Source: Clostridia bacterium (lineage in GTDB: Bacteria > Bacillota > Clostridia > Christensenellales > CAG-138). Taken from it: 64,000 nucleotides of DNA. Below the pieces are notes generated by a model. The model ran no database searches. It had not been told where the DNA came from and saw only the letters and a list, made by a program, of their open reading frames with translations. Each line of letters begins with the position of its first letter. Within the stretch, counting starts at the first letter, position 1. Both the position numbers and the translations under genes were made by a program. The stretch spans positions 3,796 to 67,795 of the forward strand of contig JAFSEB010000040.1 in assembly GCA_017435905.1 (NCBI GenBank), given 5' to 3'. Positions 36,089-45,465 of this stretch are shown in pieces.

Positions 36089-36940
36089 ATGCGCATTTCG
36101 CTTTTTATACCCGCCGTTGATGCGGCGCTTGCCCAAAGCGGGCTTTCCTTCCTTTCCACGGTGATCGATATCCTGATCACCTTCCTGCTGGCGGTAATTG
36201 TGATCGCCGCTGCAAAGCGCATCCTTTCCGGCATCGTCAAAAGCCGGGCAGGCATGCTGGAGGAGCAGAAGGCACGAAGGCTCATGACGGCATGCACGCT
36301 TCTGATGAGCATCATCCGCTATGCGGTGAGCTTCATTGCCATCGCCATTGCGGTGGGTGAGCTTGGCTATTCCGGCGCCATGAATTCCATGCTGGCGGCG
36401 GCAGGCATCGGCAGCCTTGCCATCGGCATCGGCGCACAGAACATCATCAAGGATGTGGCGGCAGGCGTTTCCATGCTCTTTGAAGACCAGCTCAGCGTGG
36501 GGGATTACGTATCCCTTGCCGGCGTTACCGGCACGGTGGAGGCGGTATCCCTTCGCACGGTGACGGTGCGCCAATACGGCGGCGAGGTGAGCATCATCCC
36601 CAACGGCAGCATCGGTGTGCTGACCAACTATTCCCGCACCGACTCCCTTGCCGTGGTGGAGCTGCCCGTTTCCCCGGAGGCGGATATCCCCTTCGCCCTT
36701 TCCCTCATGAAAGAGGAGGCGGAGCGTTACCATGGCGAGCTCAGCGAGACCGCCGCAGCGGCGCCGGAGGTAGTGGGCGCTGTAAAGCTGCAGGGCGGCG
36801 AAACGGTGCTGCGTGTGGTGCAGCGTGTGAAGCCCCTTGAACATTGGGGCGTGGAGAGGGAGCTGAGAAAGCGCATCCTCGGCCGGTTTGTGAAGGAGGG
36901 CATCCCCCTGCCGAAGGCGAGGGTGGAGCTTCTCAAATAA
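36089..36940 (+). CDS. Small-conductance mechanosensitive channel (MscS family)
   Basis: 283 aa with N-terminal TM helices, then GAQNIIKDVAAGVSMLFEDQLSVGDYV...GTVEAVSLRTVTVR...IIPNGSI. Confidence 0.85.
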   Translation: MRISLFIPAVDAALAQSGLSFLSTVIDILITFLLAVIVIAAAKRILSGIVKSRAGMLEEQKARRLMTACTLLMSIIRYAVSFIAIAIAVGELGYSGAMNSMLAAAGIGSLAIGIGAQNIIKDVAAGVSMLFEDQLSVGDYVSLAGVTGTVEAVSLRTVTVRQYGGEVSIIPNGSIGVLTNYSRTDSLAVVELPVSPEADIPFALSLMKEEAERYHGELSETAAAAPEVVGAVKLQGGETVLRVVQRVKPLEHWGVERELRKRILGRFVKEGIPLPKARVELLK

Positions 36941-36951
36941 GGAGTGGAAAG

Positions 36952-37170
36952 ATGATCGAACATTTTGAGCTTGGGGATCATATCGTGATGAAAAAGCCCC
37001 ATGCCTGCGGCGCCAACGAGTGGATCGTGACCCGCACGGGGGCGGATATCAAGCTGCGCTGCAGCCGCTGCGACCGGCTGGTGATGCTGGACAGGGGAGA
37101 TTTCCTTCGCAGCGCACGGAAAAACCTGACACAGAAGAAAGAGGAAAACCATGGCGGAGAAGATCGATAA
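36952..37170 (+). CDS. DUF951-family small protein
   Basis: Start ATG 36952 follows GGAGTGGAAAG. ...VMKKPHACGANEWIVTRTGADIKLRCSRCDRLVML is the DUF951 pattern. It overlaps lepB by 20 nt. Confidence 0.6.
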   Translation: MIEHFELGDHIVMKKPHACGANEWIVTRTGADIKLRCSRCDRLVMLDRGDFLRSARKNLTQKKEENHGGEDR

Positions 37171-37741
37171 AACTTTGCGTGCGGCGCTTTTGAAGGATGC
37201 GGAGGCCATCCACGCAAAGGATGCGCCCTATAAGCGTGCGGCGGATAAGGAATTCATCCTGTGGCTTGTGATCGTGCTGGCGCTGGCGCTGGCGGTGCGG
37301 CTTTTCGTGTTTGAACCCGTGCGTGTGGTGGGCGACTCCATGCACGATACCCTTGTGAACGGGGAAAGGATGCTGGTGGAAAAGGTCAGCTATCTGTTCC
37401 GTGAACCGCAGCGCAGCGATATCATCATCTGCTTCTATCCCCACCATACCACAAGCTGCGTGAAGCGTGTGATCGGCATCGGCGGCGACACCGTGGCGAT
37501 CCGTGACGGCATCCTGTACCTGAACGGGGAAAAGCTCGATGAGTCCGCATATTGGGAAGACAGGATCGATCAGGATATGGAGGAATACATTGTGCCGGAA
37601 GGCCATGTGTTCGTGGTGGGCGACAACCGCAACGAATCCTCCGACAGCCGCAGCGTGCTGGTAGGCGCCATCCCCCTTGAACGGGTGGTGGGCAAGGTGA
37701 TCGGCGTTGTGTGGCCCCTTGATGAAGCAAGGCGTGTTTGA
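37151..37741 (+). CDS. lepB: Signal peptidase I
   Basis: Has a TM helix, GDSMHDTL (Ser box), VKRVIGIGGDTV (Lys box) and VVGDNRNESSDSR. Confidence 0.9.
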   Translation: MAEKIDKTLRAALLKDAEAIHAKDAPYKRAADKEFILWLVIVLALALAVRLFVFEPVRVVGDSMHDTLVNGERMLVEKVSYLFREPQRSDIIICFYPHHTTSCVKRVIGIGGDTVAIRDGILYLNGEKLDESAYWEDRIDQDMEEYIVPEGHVFVVGDNRNESSDSRSVLVGAIPLERVVGKVIGVVWPLDEARRV

Positions 37742-37760
37742 GCATAAAGGCGGAGCGGCA

Positions 37761-38333
37761 ATGGAAAGCAAAGAAAGCATCACAAAAGAAATGCCCCTTC
37801 GGCGCACGGCGGGCAGGGAAAAGGAATACCGCACGCTCAGAATGTACACCTGGGTGTTCACGCTGCTGGCGTCCGCCGCATTGGTGGCGGTGCTCTTTAC
37901 GGCGTGGCTTTTCGGCGTGCAGGTAAGGGATGTGGGCATGGCGCCTGCCGTTATGCCCGGGGATGTGATCCTGTTCGACAGGCTTGCAAAGCATGTGAAA
38001 GCGCCTGCCCGGGGCGATATTCTTGCCTACAGCAGCGTGACCGGCTCCGGCACGTATATCGGCCGCATCGTGGGTCTGCCCGGGGAAAGGGTGGATGTAT
38101 ACGACGGCAGGGTCTACATCGGCGGCGTACTTCTTGATGAGCGCAGCTATGCTTCGGGCGCCCTTTCCGGCAGCATCGAAGCGCACACCGTGCCGGAAGG
38201 ATACTATTTCATCCTGCCAGACGACAGGGAACATGCCCTTGTGGATGCGGACAAGCTGACCGTGGAGGCATCACGCATCCGGGGCAGGGCGTTCATCCGT
38301 GTGTCGCCCCTTAGCAGGCTCGGCATATTTTAA
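37761..38333 (+). CDS. Signal-peptidase-I-like paralog lacking the Ser/Lys catalytic dyad
   Basis: Start ATG 37761. It aligns to lepB, but the boxes read DVGMAPAV (Ser replaced by Gly), IGRIVGLPGERV (Lys replaced by Gly) and ILPDDREHAL. Confidence 0.7.
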   Translation: MESKESITKEMPLRRTAGREKEYRTLRMYTWVFTLLASAALVAVLFTAWLFGVQVRDVGMAPAVMPGDVILFDRLAKHVKAPARGDILAYSSVTGSGTYIGRIVGLPGERVDVYDGRVYIGGVLLDERSYASGALSGSIEAHTVPEGYYFILPDDREHALVDADKLTVEASRIRGRAFIRVSPLSRLGIF

Positions 38334-38369
38334 AAGGAAGCTGCCGCTTTGAAAACAGTGCATAAAATG

Positions 38370-38413
38370 AAAAAAAGCCTCCGGCTCATTCGGCGGAGAT
38401 TCATAAAACAGTG
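38370..38413 (-). repeat. Copy L2 of the ~40-nt repeat family (left boundary of AT-rich islet 2)
   Basis: AAAAAAA-GCCTCCGGCTCATTCGGCGGAGATTCA-TAAAACAGTG. It is about 80% identical to the reverse complement of 39274-39315. Confidence 0.65.
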
Positions 38414-38415
38414 AA

Positions 38416-38452
38416 TCCGACCTATGCTTACGATCATAGGTCGGACTTTTTG
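38416..38452 (+). terminator. Rho-independent terminator
   Basis: TCCGACCTATG (38416-38426) pairs perfectly with CATAGGTCGGA (38435-38445), followed by CTTTTTG. Confidence 0.7.
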
Positions 38453-38577
38453 TAATATACTTCGTTTTAGGGCAAAACCGAACACCGCACGATACATCCA
38501 GCAGAGGTGTATAGAAGTGCGCCCTTAATTCGGTTCAGCGAACTGGTCTATGCGACATTCGCCGTATGCTTTACATT

Positions 38578-39156
38578 TTATCTTCTGCGACCTTCCCGGT
38601 GGAAAAAGTATCCGAGGTTGATTCTAACCTCCCTGCGACCGATATCGTTGTTCGTATAGCAGCAGGTATCAAAGCCTATCAGTTCAAACCCCTGATGAAG
38701 ATAGAACCCGATAGCATTTGTATTGCAGGACTGCGTCTCCAATATGATGGCACGCCTGTTCTGACAGAGAGCAACTTCCTTTGCTTTATTCATCAACTGC
38801 CTTCCGATGCCTTTTCCACGAAGCGAATCACACACCCATAGTTCTGTAACCATGAGTCTGTTAGACCACTCCTCCGGGCACACTTCAATACATGCCATCA
38901 ATTCTCCTGCATCGTTCACAACACCGTAGGCTTCCGCCTTCTCCCAATGATCCTGATATAGTGAATCTGGGAAATCATACTCCTCCGGCGTGTGAACGAT
39001 CTCCTTTTCCGCTGGTTTTTTAACGATGGATACAGTGCAACCTTCATGATGAAACGGGCTTATCTCAAGGTCATAATAGCTGTTGCTTCTGGTAGTCAGG
39101 GGGATGGTGGTGCCTTTCCATCTATCTTTTGGCAATGCGACAATTTCATAATTCAT
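38578..39156 (-). CDS. GNAT N-acetyltransferase, streptothricin-acetyltransferase-like
   Basis: 192 aa. The C-terminal half ...LWVCDSLRGKGIGRQLMNKAKEVA...AIILETQSCNTNAIGFYLHQGFELIGFDTCCYTN... matches the Sat/Nat-type GNAT pattern as I recall it. The region is AT-rich. Confidence 0.7.
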   Translation of the reverse strand: MNYEIVALPKDRWKGTTIPLTTRSNSYYDLEISPFHHEGCTVSIVKKPAEKEIVHTPEEYDFPDSLYQDHWEKAEAYGVVNDAGELMACIEVCPEEWSNRLMVTELWVCDSLRGKGIGRQLMNKAKEVALCQNRRAIILETQSCNTNAIGFYLHQGFELIGFDTCCYTNNDIGRREVRINLGYFFHREGRRR

Positions 39157-39273
39157 ACATTCTCTCTCCGTTCCTCAAATTCAGGTTTGTTGTTCTGCTG
39201 ATATTGTAACATAGTAGCTGACAATAACAATCAATATCTTTCGCAACCATCGTCTCGGGCGATATTACGGGAA

Positions 39274-39315
39274 AACTGTTTTACGGACACCCGCCCTTTG
39301 AGCCGGAGGCTTTTT
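39274..39315 (+). repeat. Copy R2 of the repeat family (right boundary of islet 2)
   Basis: AACTGTTTTA-CGGACA-CCCGCCCTTTGAGCCGGAGGC-TTTTT. The first 21 nt are nearly identical to R1 (AACTGTTTTACAAACACCCGC). Confidence 0.65.
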
Positions 39316-39321
39316 GTTTTG

Positions 39322-40287
39322 TTATGTGCCGAACCCAACGACCCTGTGGGGCTCATAGGGCTCTTCGAGGAAGGCGACATCCGCATCCGTCAGGGCAACG
39401 TTGAATACGCCCACGGCGTCATCCAGGTACTTGGCCTTCGTTGCGCCGATGATGGGGGCGGTGATGCCCTTTTTGAACTGCCACGCCAAAGCCACCTGCG
39501 TCATGGTGGCGCCGTATTGTTCGGCGACCGCATGCACACGCCTTGCGATCTCCCTGTCCGTTGCCTCCGTGCGGTCGTACTTGCCGGCAGCGGTGGTGTC
39601 GGTCTTGCTGCGGTGGGTGTCCGCATTCCATTCGGGGCGGGCAAGCCTGCCGGCAGCAAGGGAACTGAAGGGGGTCAGGGCGACCTTTTCCTGCAGGCAG
39701 AGGGGAATGATCTCCCGTTCATCCTCCCGGTAAAGGAGGTTGTAGTGGTTCTGCATGGCAACAAAGGGCGTCCAGCCGTTACGCTGTGCGCACACCTGCA
39801 TGGTATGGAAGCGGTAGCCGTACATGGCGGAAGCGCCGAGGGCACGCACCTTGCCCGCCTTGACGATGGTGTCAAGGGCTTCGAGGGTCTCCTCGATGGG
39901 GGTGGTGGGATCGAACCGGTGGAGGATGTAAAGATCCACATAGTCCGTGCCGAGCCGCTTGAGAGAAAGGTCGATCTCCCGGAAGATGGCCTTTTTGGAA
40001 AGGTGACCTTCGTTGAAGTAGACCTTTGTGGCAATGACCACTTTGTCACGGGGCACAAGGTTTTTGAGCGCACGGCCAAGGTATTCTTCGCTGGTGCCGT
40101 GGGAATAGGTGTTGGCGGTATCGAAGAAGTTGATGCCAAGATCGAGCGCCCGTTTCACGATGACTTCCGTGGCGGCAGGGTCAAGGGTCCACACGTGGGA
40201 ATCCGGCGAAGGTTCGCCGAAGCTGAGGCAGCCGAGACAGAGCCTTGAGATCTCAATGCCGGAATTGCCGAGGGTGGTGTATTGCAT
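39322..40287 (-). CDS. Aldo/keto reductase
   Basis: 321 aa with LGCLSFG, INFFDTANTYSHGTSEE, DYVDLYILHRFD and ALGASAMY. Confidence 0.9.
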   Translation of the reverse strand: MQYTTLGNSGIEISRLCLGCLSFGEPSPDSHVWTLDPAATEVIVKRALDLGINFFDTANTYSHGTSEEYLGRALKNLVPRDKVVIATKVYFNEGHLSKKAIFREIDLSLKRLGTDYVDLYILHRFDPTTPIEETLEALDTIVKAGKVRALGASAMYGYRFHTMQVCAQRNGWTPFVAMQNHYNLLYREDEREIIPLCLQEKVALTPFSSLAAGRLARPEWNADTHRSKTDTTAAGKYDRTEATDREIARRVHAVAEQYGATMTQVALAWQFKKGITAPIIGATKAKYLDDAVGVFNVALTDADVAFLEEPYEPHRVVGFGT

Positions 40288-40323
40288 GCGGATCTCCTTC
40301 CTGCGGTGGGGTAAAGGGAATGC

Positions 40324-41469
40324 TTATTCTGCGAGGGCAGCCATGTAAGCGCCGACAGCGGTGCCTTCCTTCACGGCAACGCCGCAGGCCTTGAGGGAGC
40401 GCTCTACGCAGCCGAGGGTCTGCACGAGGGTGTTGATGTCGATGTTGCCCATGTGGCCGAGGCGGAAAGCCTTGCCGGCATAAGCGCCGAGGGCACCGGC
40501 AACGATGGCGCCTTCTTCAAACATGCAGTTGCGGAACTTGGCATCTTCCACGCCTTCGGGGTAGATGCACACGCTGAGGGTGCTGGCACGGCACTCTTCG
40601 TTGGCAAGGATCTTGAAGCCGAGGGCTTCCATGGCCTTATGGACGGCCTTGGCATGCTTGGCATGGCGCTCCGCACGGGCCTTGAGGCCTTCCTCTGCGA
40701 TGATGGCGGTGGATTCCTTCATTGCCCAAACCAGGTTGACGGCGGGGGTGGCGAAGTACTTGCCGGGGTTCTCCATGATGGGCAGCCACTTTTCAAAGTC
40801 CACATAGTACTCGGGGATGGTGCCGAGGGCCTTGCGGCGCTCAAGGGCCTTCTTGCCTGCCCAGACGATGAACATGCCGGGGCATACGCCAAAGGCCTTC
40901 TGGGAACCGGTGAGCATGACGTCGATGTTCATGCCGTCCACATCCGCATATTCGCCGGCGGTGGCGGCAACGCCGTCCACGATGTAGAGGGTCTCGGGGA
41001 ACTTGGCAGCCACTTTGCCGATCTCGGCGATGGGAGCCACAACGGCGGTGGAGGTGTCAACATGGGTAACGGTCATGACGGCATAGTTCTTCTCGGCGAG
41101 CTTCTTTTCGATCTCGGCGGGGGAAACGCAGGTGCCCCACTCTGCCTTGATGACATCCACATTGAGGCCCTTGCGGGTGCAGATCTCGATGAACCTGTCG
41201 CCGAAGAAGCCGTTGCTGACGATCAGCACGTTGTCGCCGCGCTTGGTGGTGTTGGCGATGGCCATTTCCATGGCGAGGGTGCCGGTGCCGGCGAGGGGGA
41301 AGGTCTGGCCGCCGCAGTTGAAGAGCTTGCCGAGGTCATCGATGAGTTCTTTGTAATCCTTGACGAAGCGGGGATCGCCGAAGGCCTGGATCTCACGGCC
41401 CATCTGCTCCTGAATGGACTTCACGACCGGGGTGGGGCCCGGGATCATGACGAGAACGTTCTTTTCCAT
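40324..41469 (-). CDS. Class V PLP aminotransferase (serine-pyruvate / alanine-glyoxylate type)
   Basis: 381 aa with MIPGPTPV at the N-terminus and the SQKAF PLP-lysine region. Confidence 0.85.
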   Translation of the reverse strand: MEKNVLVMIPGPTPVVKSIQEQMGREIQAFGDPRFVKDYKELIDDLGKLFNCGGQTFPLAGTGTLAMEMAIANTTKRGDNVLIVSNGFFGDRFIEICTRKGLNVDVIKAEWGTCVSPAEIEKKLAEKNYAVMTVTHVDTSTAVVAPIAEIGKVAAKFPETLYIVDGVAATAGEYADVDGMNIDVMLTGSQKAFGVCPGMFIVWAGKKALERRKALGTIPEYYVDFEKWLPIMENPGKYFATPAVNLVWAMKESTAIIAEEGLKARAERHAKHAKAVHKAMEALGFKILANEECRASTLSVCIYPEGVEDAKFRNCMFEEGAIVAGALGAYAGKAFRLGHMGNIDINTLVQTLGCVERSLKACGVAVKEGTAVGAYMAALAE

Positions 41470-41530
41470 AGTGTTTCTCCTTTTTTAGTTGATTCAATTT
41501 TGAAAGCCCGAAGGGGCTATAAAACGCAGT

Positions 41531-42424
41531 TTATGCGCGCACTTCCACGCCCGCATATTCGAGGGCTTCACGGATCTGCCTGCGGACATCCTCATTGGGG
41601 AGGCGCAGGGGCAGACGGGGCTCGCCGCCGAAGAGGCCCATGTATTCCATGGCGACCTTCAGACCGCCGATGCCGAACTTGGTGGTGACGGCAGCGTTGA
41701 TGGGGATCAGGCGCTTTGCAAGGGCACGGCACTCATCGTACTTGCCTTCGTTGTAAAGCTCGATCATGGAGGCGCACTCGTTGGGGAAGATGTTGGAAAG
41801 GGCCAGCGTGCCGCCCTTGGCGCCGAGGAACAGGGCGGGGAGCAGGAATGCCCAGTTGCCTGCGAGCACGGAGAAATCCTTTTCGCAGTTGAAGATGGTC
41901 TGGCAGATCTGCACGATGTTGCCGGAGGTATCCTTTACGCCCACGATGTTGGGGTGCTTGGAAAGACGGCAAAGCAGCTCATAGGAGGTGTTCACGCCGG
42001 CGTTGAGGGGCATGTTGTACACGATGATGGGCAGGGGGGATTTGTCCGCCAGGGTGGTGTAGTAGTTTTCAAGGTTGGCATCGTTCATGGCGCCCTTGAA
42101 GTAGAAGGGGGTGACTACGAGGGCTGCATCGGCGCCGCAGTCTGCGGAGACCTGGCAGAGGTGGAGCGTTTCATCCATGCAGTTGCTGCCGGTGCCGACC
42201 ACAACGCGCTTTTTGCCGTCGATCACTTTGCAGCAGTGGCGGATGAGCTCTTCCTTTTCGCTTTCGCGCAGGGAGGTGAACTCGCCGTTGGAGCCCATGA
42301 CTACGATGCCTTCGAGCTTGGAAGAAGTCCAGAACTCCATGTTCTTGTCCAGCTTGTCATAAGCGATCTCGCCGTTCACAAAGGGGGTCGCAATGGGACA
42401 GTAGATGCCTTTCAGTTCAAACAT
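41531..42424 (-). CDS. DapA-family (dihydrodipicolinate synthase / N-acetylneuraminate lyase-type) aldolase
   Basis: Start ATG 42424 follows GGAGGT. Motifs are GIYCPIATPF, VMGSNGEFTSL, PIIVYNMP and GVKDTSG. Confidence 0.85.
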   Translation of the reverse strand: MFELKGIYCPIATPFVNGEIAYDKLDKNMEFWTSSKLEGIVVMGSNGEFTSLRESEKEELIRHCCKVIDGKKRVVVGTGSNCMDETLHLCQVSADCGADAALVVTPFYFKGAMNDANLENYYTTLADKSPLPIIVYNMPLNAGVNTSYELLCRLSKHPNIVGVKDTSGNIVQICQTIFNCEKDFSVLAGNWAFLLPALFLGAKGGTLALSNIFPNECASMIELYNEGKYDECRALAKRLIPINAAVTTKFGIGGLKVAMEYMGLFGGEPRLPLRLPNEDVRRQIREALEYAGVEVRA

Positions 42425-42570
42425 AATAACCTCCGGTTTTGATATTACTGTATGATCTGCCGCACGGGCGGCTGTGTTCCATGTTCCATTATCCGATGAG
42501 GGGTGGATATTCGTCAAATACACAGAAAGGAAGGGAATTATTGATGCAAATCAATAAGAAAAGAGGTCCG

Positions 42571-43533
42571 TCAGGGGGAGACAAGGTCGTGCATATCGAG
42601 CTTGAGCGCCAGTTCAATGAATGCGCCGGCGGCTTTGGAAATGTAGCGCTTGCGCTTGTGCACCATGTTCACGCTGCGTGTGGTGTTATCCGCACCGATC
42701 TTGTAGTAAACAAGCTCATTGCCGGGGCTGGAAAGCTTCACGGCGGTGTCGGAGATGAAGGTGACGCCAAGGTGCTGCTTTGCAAGGCTGTAAACGGTGG
42801 CAAGCTGGTTGAGGTACATGAACACGTGGGGCTCAAAGCCGCTTTCCCGGCAGAAGCGCAGACCACGGTTGTGGAGGTCGTACCCACGCTCCAGCATCAG
42901 GAAGGGGTGCTTTTCAAAGGGGGTGAGGGAGATGGCAGGGCAAGCGGTACCGACATGCTTGTCCGCAAGGATATCCGCTGCGGTGAGCATGGCTTTTTCG
43001 TTGCTGCGGTTGATAGGATCGTTGGCAGGCACCGCAAGAAGGATATGTTCTTCAAAGAGGGGATAGATGCGGAAAAGCTCCGGATCGAAATCGTGGCACT
43101 CGATGAGAAGGTCCGCATCGCCGTTGAGGATGATCTCCTGCAGGGAATGGAGGTCCGACTCAGCGATATTCACCTTGATATCCGGATACAGGTGCAGGAA
43201 TTTGGCAAGGTAACGGGGCAGCAGGTAGCTTGCGAACATGTGGGGCACGCCGATGGTCAGGCTGCCGGTCTTCAGCTCCCTGTAATCTTCAAGGTAGGTC
43301 TGCATATCCTGCTCAATGGCAAGGAGCTTCTGGATCTCGTTGATGATGATGACGCCGGCATCCGTCAGCTTCACGGGCATGGTGCTCCGGTCGAAGATCT
43401 GCACGCCGATCTCGCTTTCGTAGCGCTTGATGGTCAGGCTCAGAGAGGATTGGGAAAGAAAGAGCTTCTGGGCAGCCTTGGAAAAGCTGCTTTCACGGTA
43501 AACTTCATAAATATAATGCAGAACACGGAACAT
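42571..43533 (-). CDS. LysR-family transcriptional regulator
   Basis: 320 aa with the N-terminal wHTH SFSKAAQKLFLSQSSLSLTIKRYE and a C-terminal substrate-binding domain. Confidence 0.9.
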   Translation of the reverse strand: MFRVLHYIYEVYRESSFSKAAQKLFLSQSSLSLTIKRYESEIGVQIFDRSTMPVKLTDAGVIIINEIQKLLAIEQDMQTYLEDYRELKTGSLTIGVPHMFASYLLPRYLAKFLHLYPDIKVNIAESDLHSLQEIILNGDADLLIECHDFDPELFRIYPLFEEHILLAVPANDPINRSNEKAMLTAADILADKHVGTACPAISLTPFEKHPFLMLERGYDLHNRGLRFCRESGFEPHVFMYLNQLATVYSLAKQHLGVTFISDTAVKLSSPGNELVYYKIGADNTTRSVNMVHKRKRYISKAAGAFIELALKLDMHDLVSP

Positions 43534-43571
43534 GGCTTGGATCTCCTTCCTGCTTCCTGTGAGGGCTCGTG

Positions 43572-44093
43572 TTATTTCAGGGGATTGGGCAGGTTCTGCG
43601 AAAGCGCACTTTCGTAATCGTCATGCAGCAGGTACAAACAGGATTCCATTACCTTGAAAAAAGCGTCGATCTGTTCGGAGGTGTAGTGCTCCGTCAGCTG
43701 TTTGAAGAATTCGCCCGTCTTTTCATCGTCGTATTTCAGGTGGGCTTTCGTCAGCTGCTTTCCCTTGGGCGTTGCCCAAAGTGACATGCGCTTTTTGTGG
43801 AACTCCTGGCTGGTCTTGATCACAAGCCCCTTGTCGATCAGCTTGGTGACGACCTGGGAGATGGCGCCCTTGCTGCGGTTGCTTTTCTTGGCAAGCTCCG
43901 TGACGGTGATGCCGGGGTTGAAGTAGATCTTTTCCAGCAGGTGCGCCTCCACGGGAGAGTACAGTTCGCCGGTGCCGTAATCCTTCAGCTTCATGTTGCG
44001 GTCGGTATAGCGGAGCGAATAGTCGAAAATAAGGTTGCTCAGCTGATAATGGGGGTAGCTTTCCCAGACATTTTCCTGATGGATGACGAGCAT
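43572..44093 (-). CDS. MarR-family transcriptional regulator
   Basis: Start ATG 44093. ...ITVTELAKKSNRSKGAISQVVTKLIDKGLVIK... is a winged HTH. Confidence 0.7.
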   Translation of the reverse strand: MLVIHQENVWESYPHYQLSNLIFDYSLRYTDRNMKLKDYGTGELYSPVEAHLLEKIYFNPGITVTELAKKSNRSKGAISQVVTKLIDKGLVIKTSQEFHKKRMSLWATPKGKQLTKAHLKYDDEKTGEFFKQLTEHYTSEQIDAFFKVMESCLYLLHDDYESALSQNLPNPLK

Positions 44094-44332
44094 AGGCGGG
44101 TGTTCCTTTCTTTGCCGCAGGGGCACGGGAGCGGCATATGTTGTGTTCTTAGTGCATATATGTGCTAAACATGGTGGTGGCAAAGTTGAATGATGGAAAG
44201 GAATTTTCAGAGAATGTGAAATATTTCACTAAATTAAATTACAACCACGGTTTGAAAAAGATGTTTCACGCCGAAACAACTTGCCACGGCTACATTATAT
44301 ATCTGTTTTTTTTGAAAAACAATGCCCGTGAC

Positions 44333-44361
44333 AAAAAAAGCGCCGGAAAAAATCCGGCGCT
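44333..44361 (-). terminator. Terminator after the RraA-like gene
   Basis: On the + strand A6 precedes AGCGCCGGA-AAAAA-TCCGGCGCT. Confidence 0.5.
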
Positions 44362-44372
44362 CGGTCAGCCTA

Positions 44373-45038
44373 TCAGTCCTTTTTGCGCAGCTCAAGCAGC
44401 ATGGGCACGGTGTTGGTCTCGAACAGGCGCTCGATGTCCCAGCCGGGGAGCTCGCCGCGGCCGAAGATCTGGCGCTGGGTGACCTCAGCGGCAACGGACT
44501 CTTCGGACTTGCGGAGGGCATCTTCGTAGCCGTCCGGGGGAAGAACGACAACGCCGTCCGCATCGCCGAAGACGATGTCGCCGGGGTTGACGATGGTGCC
44601 GGAGCAGGTGATCGGGATCTGGACTTCGCCGGTCACGCCGAGGATGACGGTGGTCACGCAGGAAATACCGGTGCAGAACACGGGGATATCCAGCTTTTTA
44701 ATGGCGACGGAGTCGGTAGCGGGGCCGTCGATGACAAGGCCTGCCATGCCGCAGCCCTGGGCATAGGTGGCAACCATTTCGCCGCAGCAGGCGAAGGTGT
44801 CATCACCGCAGCGGTCCACGACGATAACGCTGCCCTTGGGAGCCTTGGAGATGGCGTAGTAGATACCGCAGGAATCCTTGCCGGGGATACGGAGGGTGTA
44901 GGCAGGGCCCACCATGCGGCGTTCGCCGATGTTGAGGGGTTTCATTTCGGGGCGCATGTAACCGCCGCCGATGTAGTGGCCCATGGTAGCAGGGTCAACG
45001 GCTTTGAAACGGCGAATGAGTTCTTCGGAAAGTGCCAT
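44373..45038 (-). CDS. RraA-family protein / HMG-CHA aldolase-like
   Basis: Start ATG 45038 follows AAGGAGG. Motifs are GSVIVVD...FACCGEMVATYAQGCGMAGLVIDGPATD and GDIVFGDADGVVV. Confidence 0.8.
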   Translation of the reverse strand: MALSEELIRRFKAVDPATMGHYIGGGYMRPEMKPLNIGERRMVGPAYTLRIPGKDSCGIYYAISKAPKGSVIVVDRCGDDTFACCGEMVATYAQGCGMAGLVIDGPATDSVAIKKLDIPVFCTGISCVTTVILGVTGEVQIPITCSGTIVNPGDIVFGDADGVVVLPPDGYEDALRKSEESVAAEVTQRQIFGRGELPGWDIERLFETNTVPMLLELRKKD

Positions 45039-45158
45039 TGGTTTGTTCCTCCTTGAGAAGTATGTTTTTTCAATTTTCAATAAAGAAAATAATGGTGAAA
45101 AATGGGCAAAAAGTGTTTAACACCGAACCAACGTAAAACAAAAATAAAAACTTCCGTA

Positions 45159-45187
45159 TTGACAAAATAGAAACGGGTCTTTATACT
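45159..45187 (+). promoter_or_regulatory. Candidate promoter of ABC operon 1
   Basis: TTGACA (45159-45164), a 17-nt spacer, then TATACT (45182-45187). This leaves a ~270-nt leader. Confidence 0.45.
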
Positions 45188-45465
45188 TTGAATCAAGTTC
45201 AGAGGCTGAACACCCTGCTCGATTTGTATGTTAACAGGCTGGGTAAGAAAAGTCAACACACCATTATTGTGAATTGTGCCGTAACCGGCGCAGGAGAAAA
45301 AAGCACTTCGGGCAAAGGATCGCCGTCTGAGATCAACTGTGAAATAGCTGAGCGTATTGATAGAAGGATATAACGTTTTTAAATGAACGAAATAACATAT
45401 TTAATTATGTTATATAAATTTGCGAACCCTGCGTTCGCACAATAAAAAACCAGGAGGAAACAAAA

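Noticed and set aside
38566-38841. 91-aa + strand ORF inside islet 2
   Set aside because: It is antisense to the GNAT gene, which has clear acetyltransferase motifs and an RBS.
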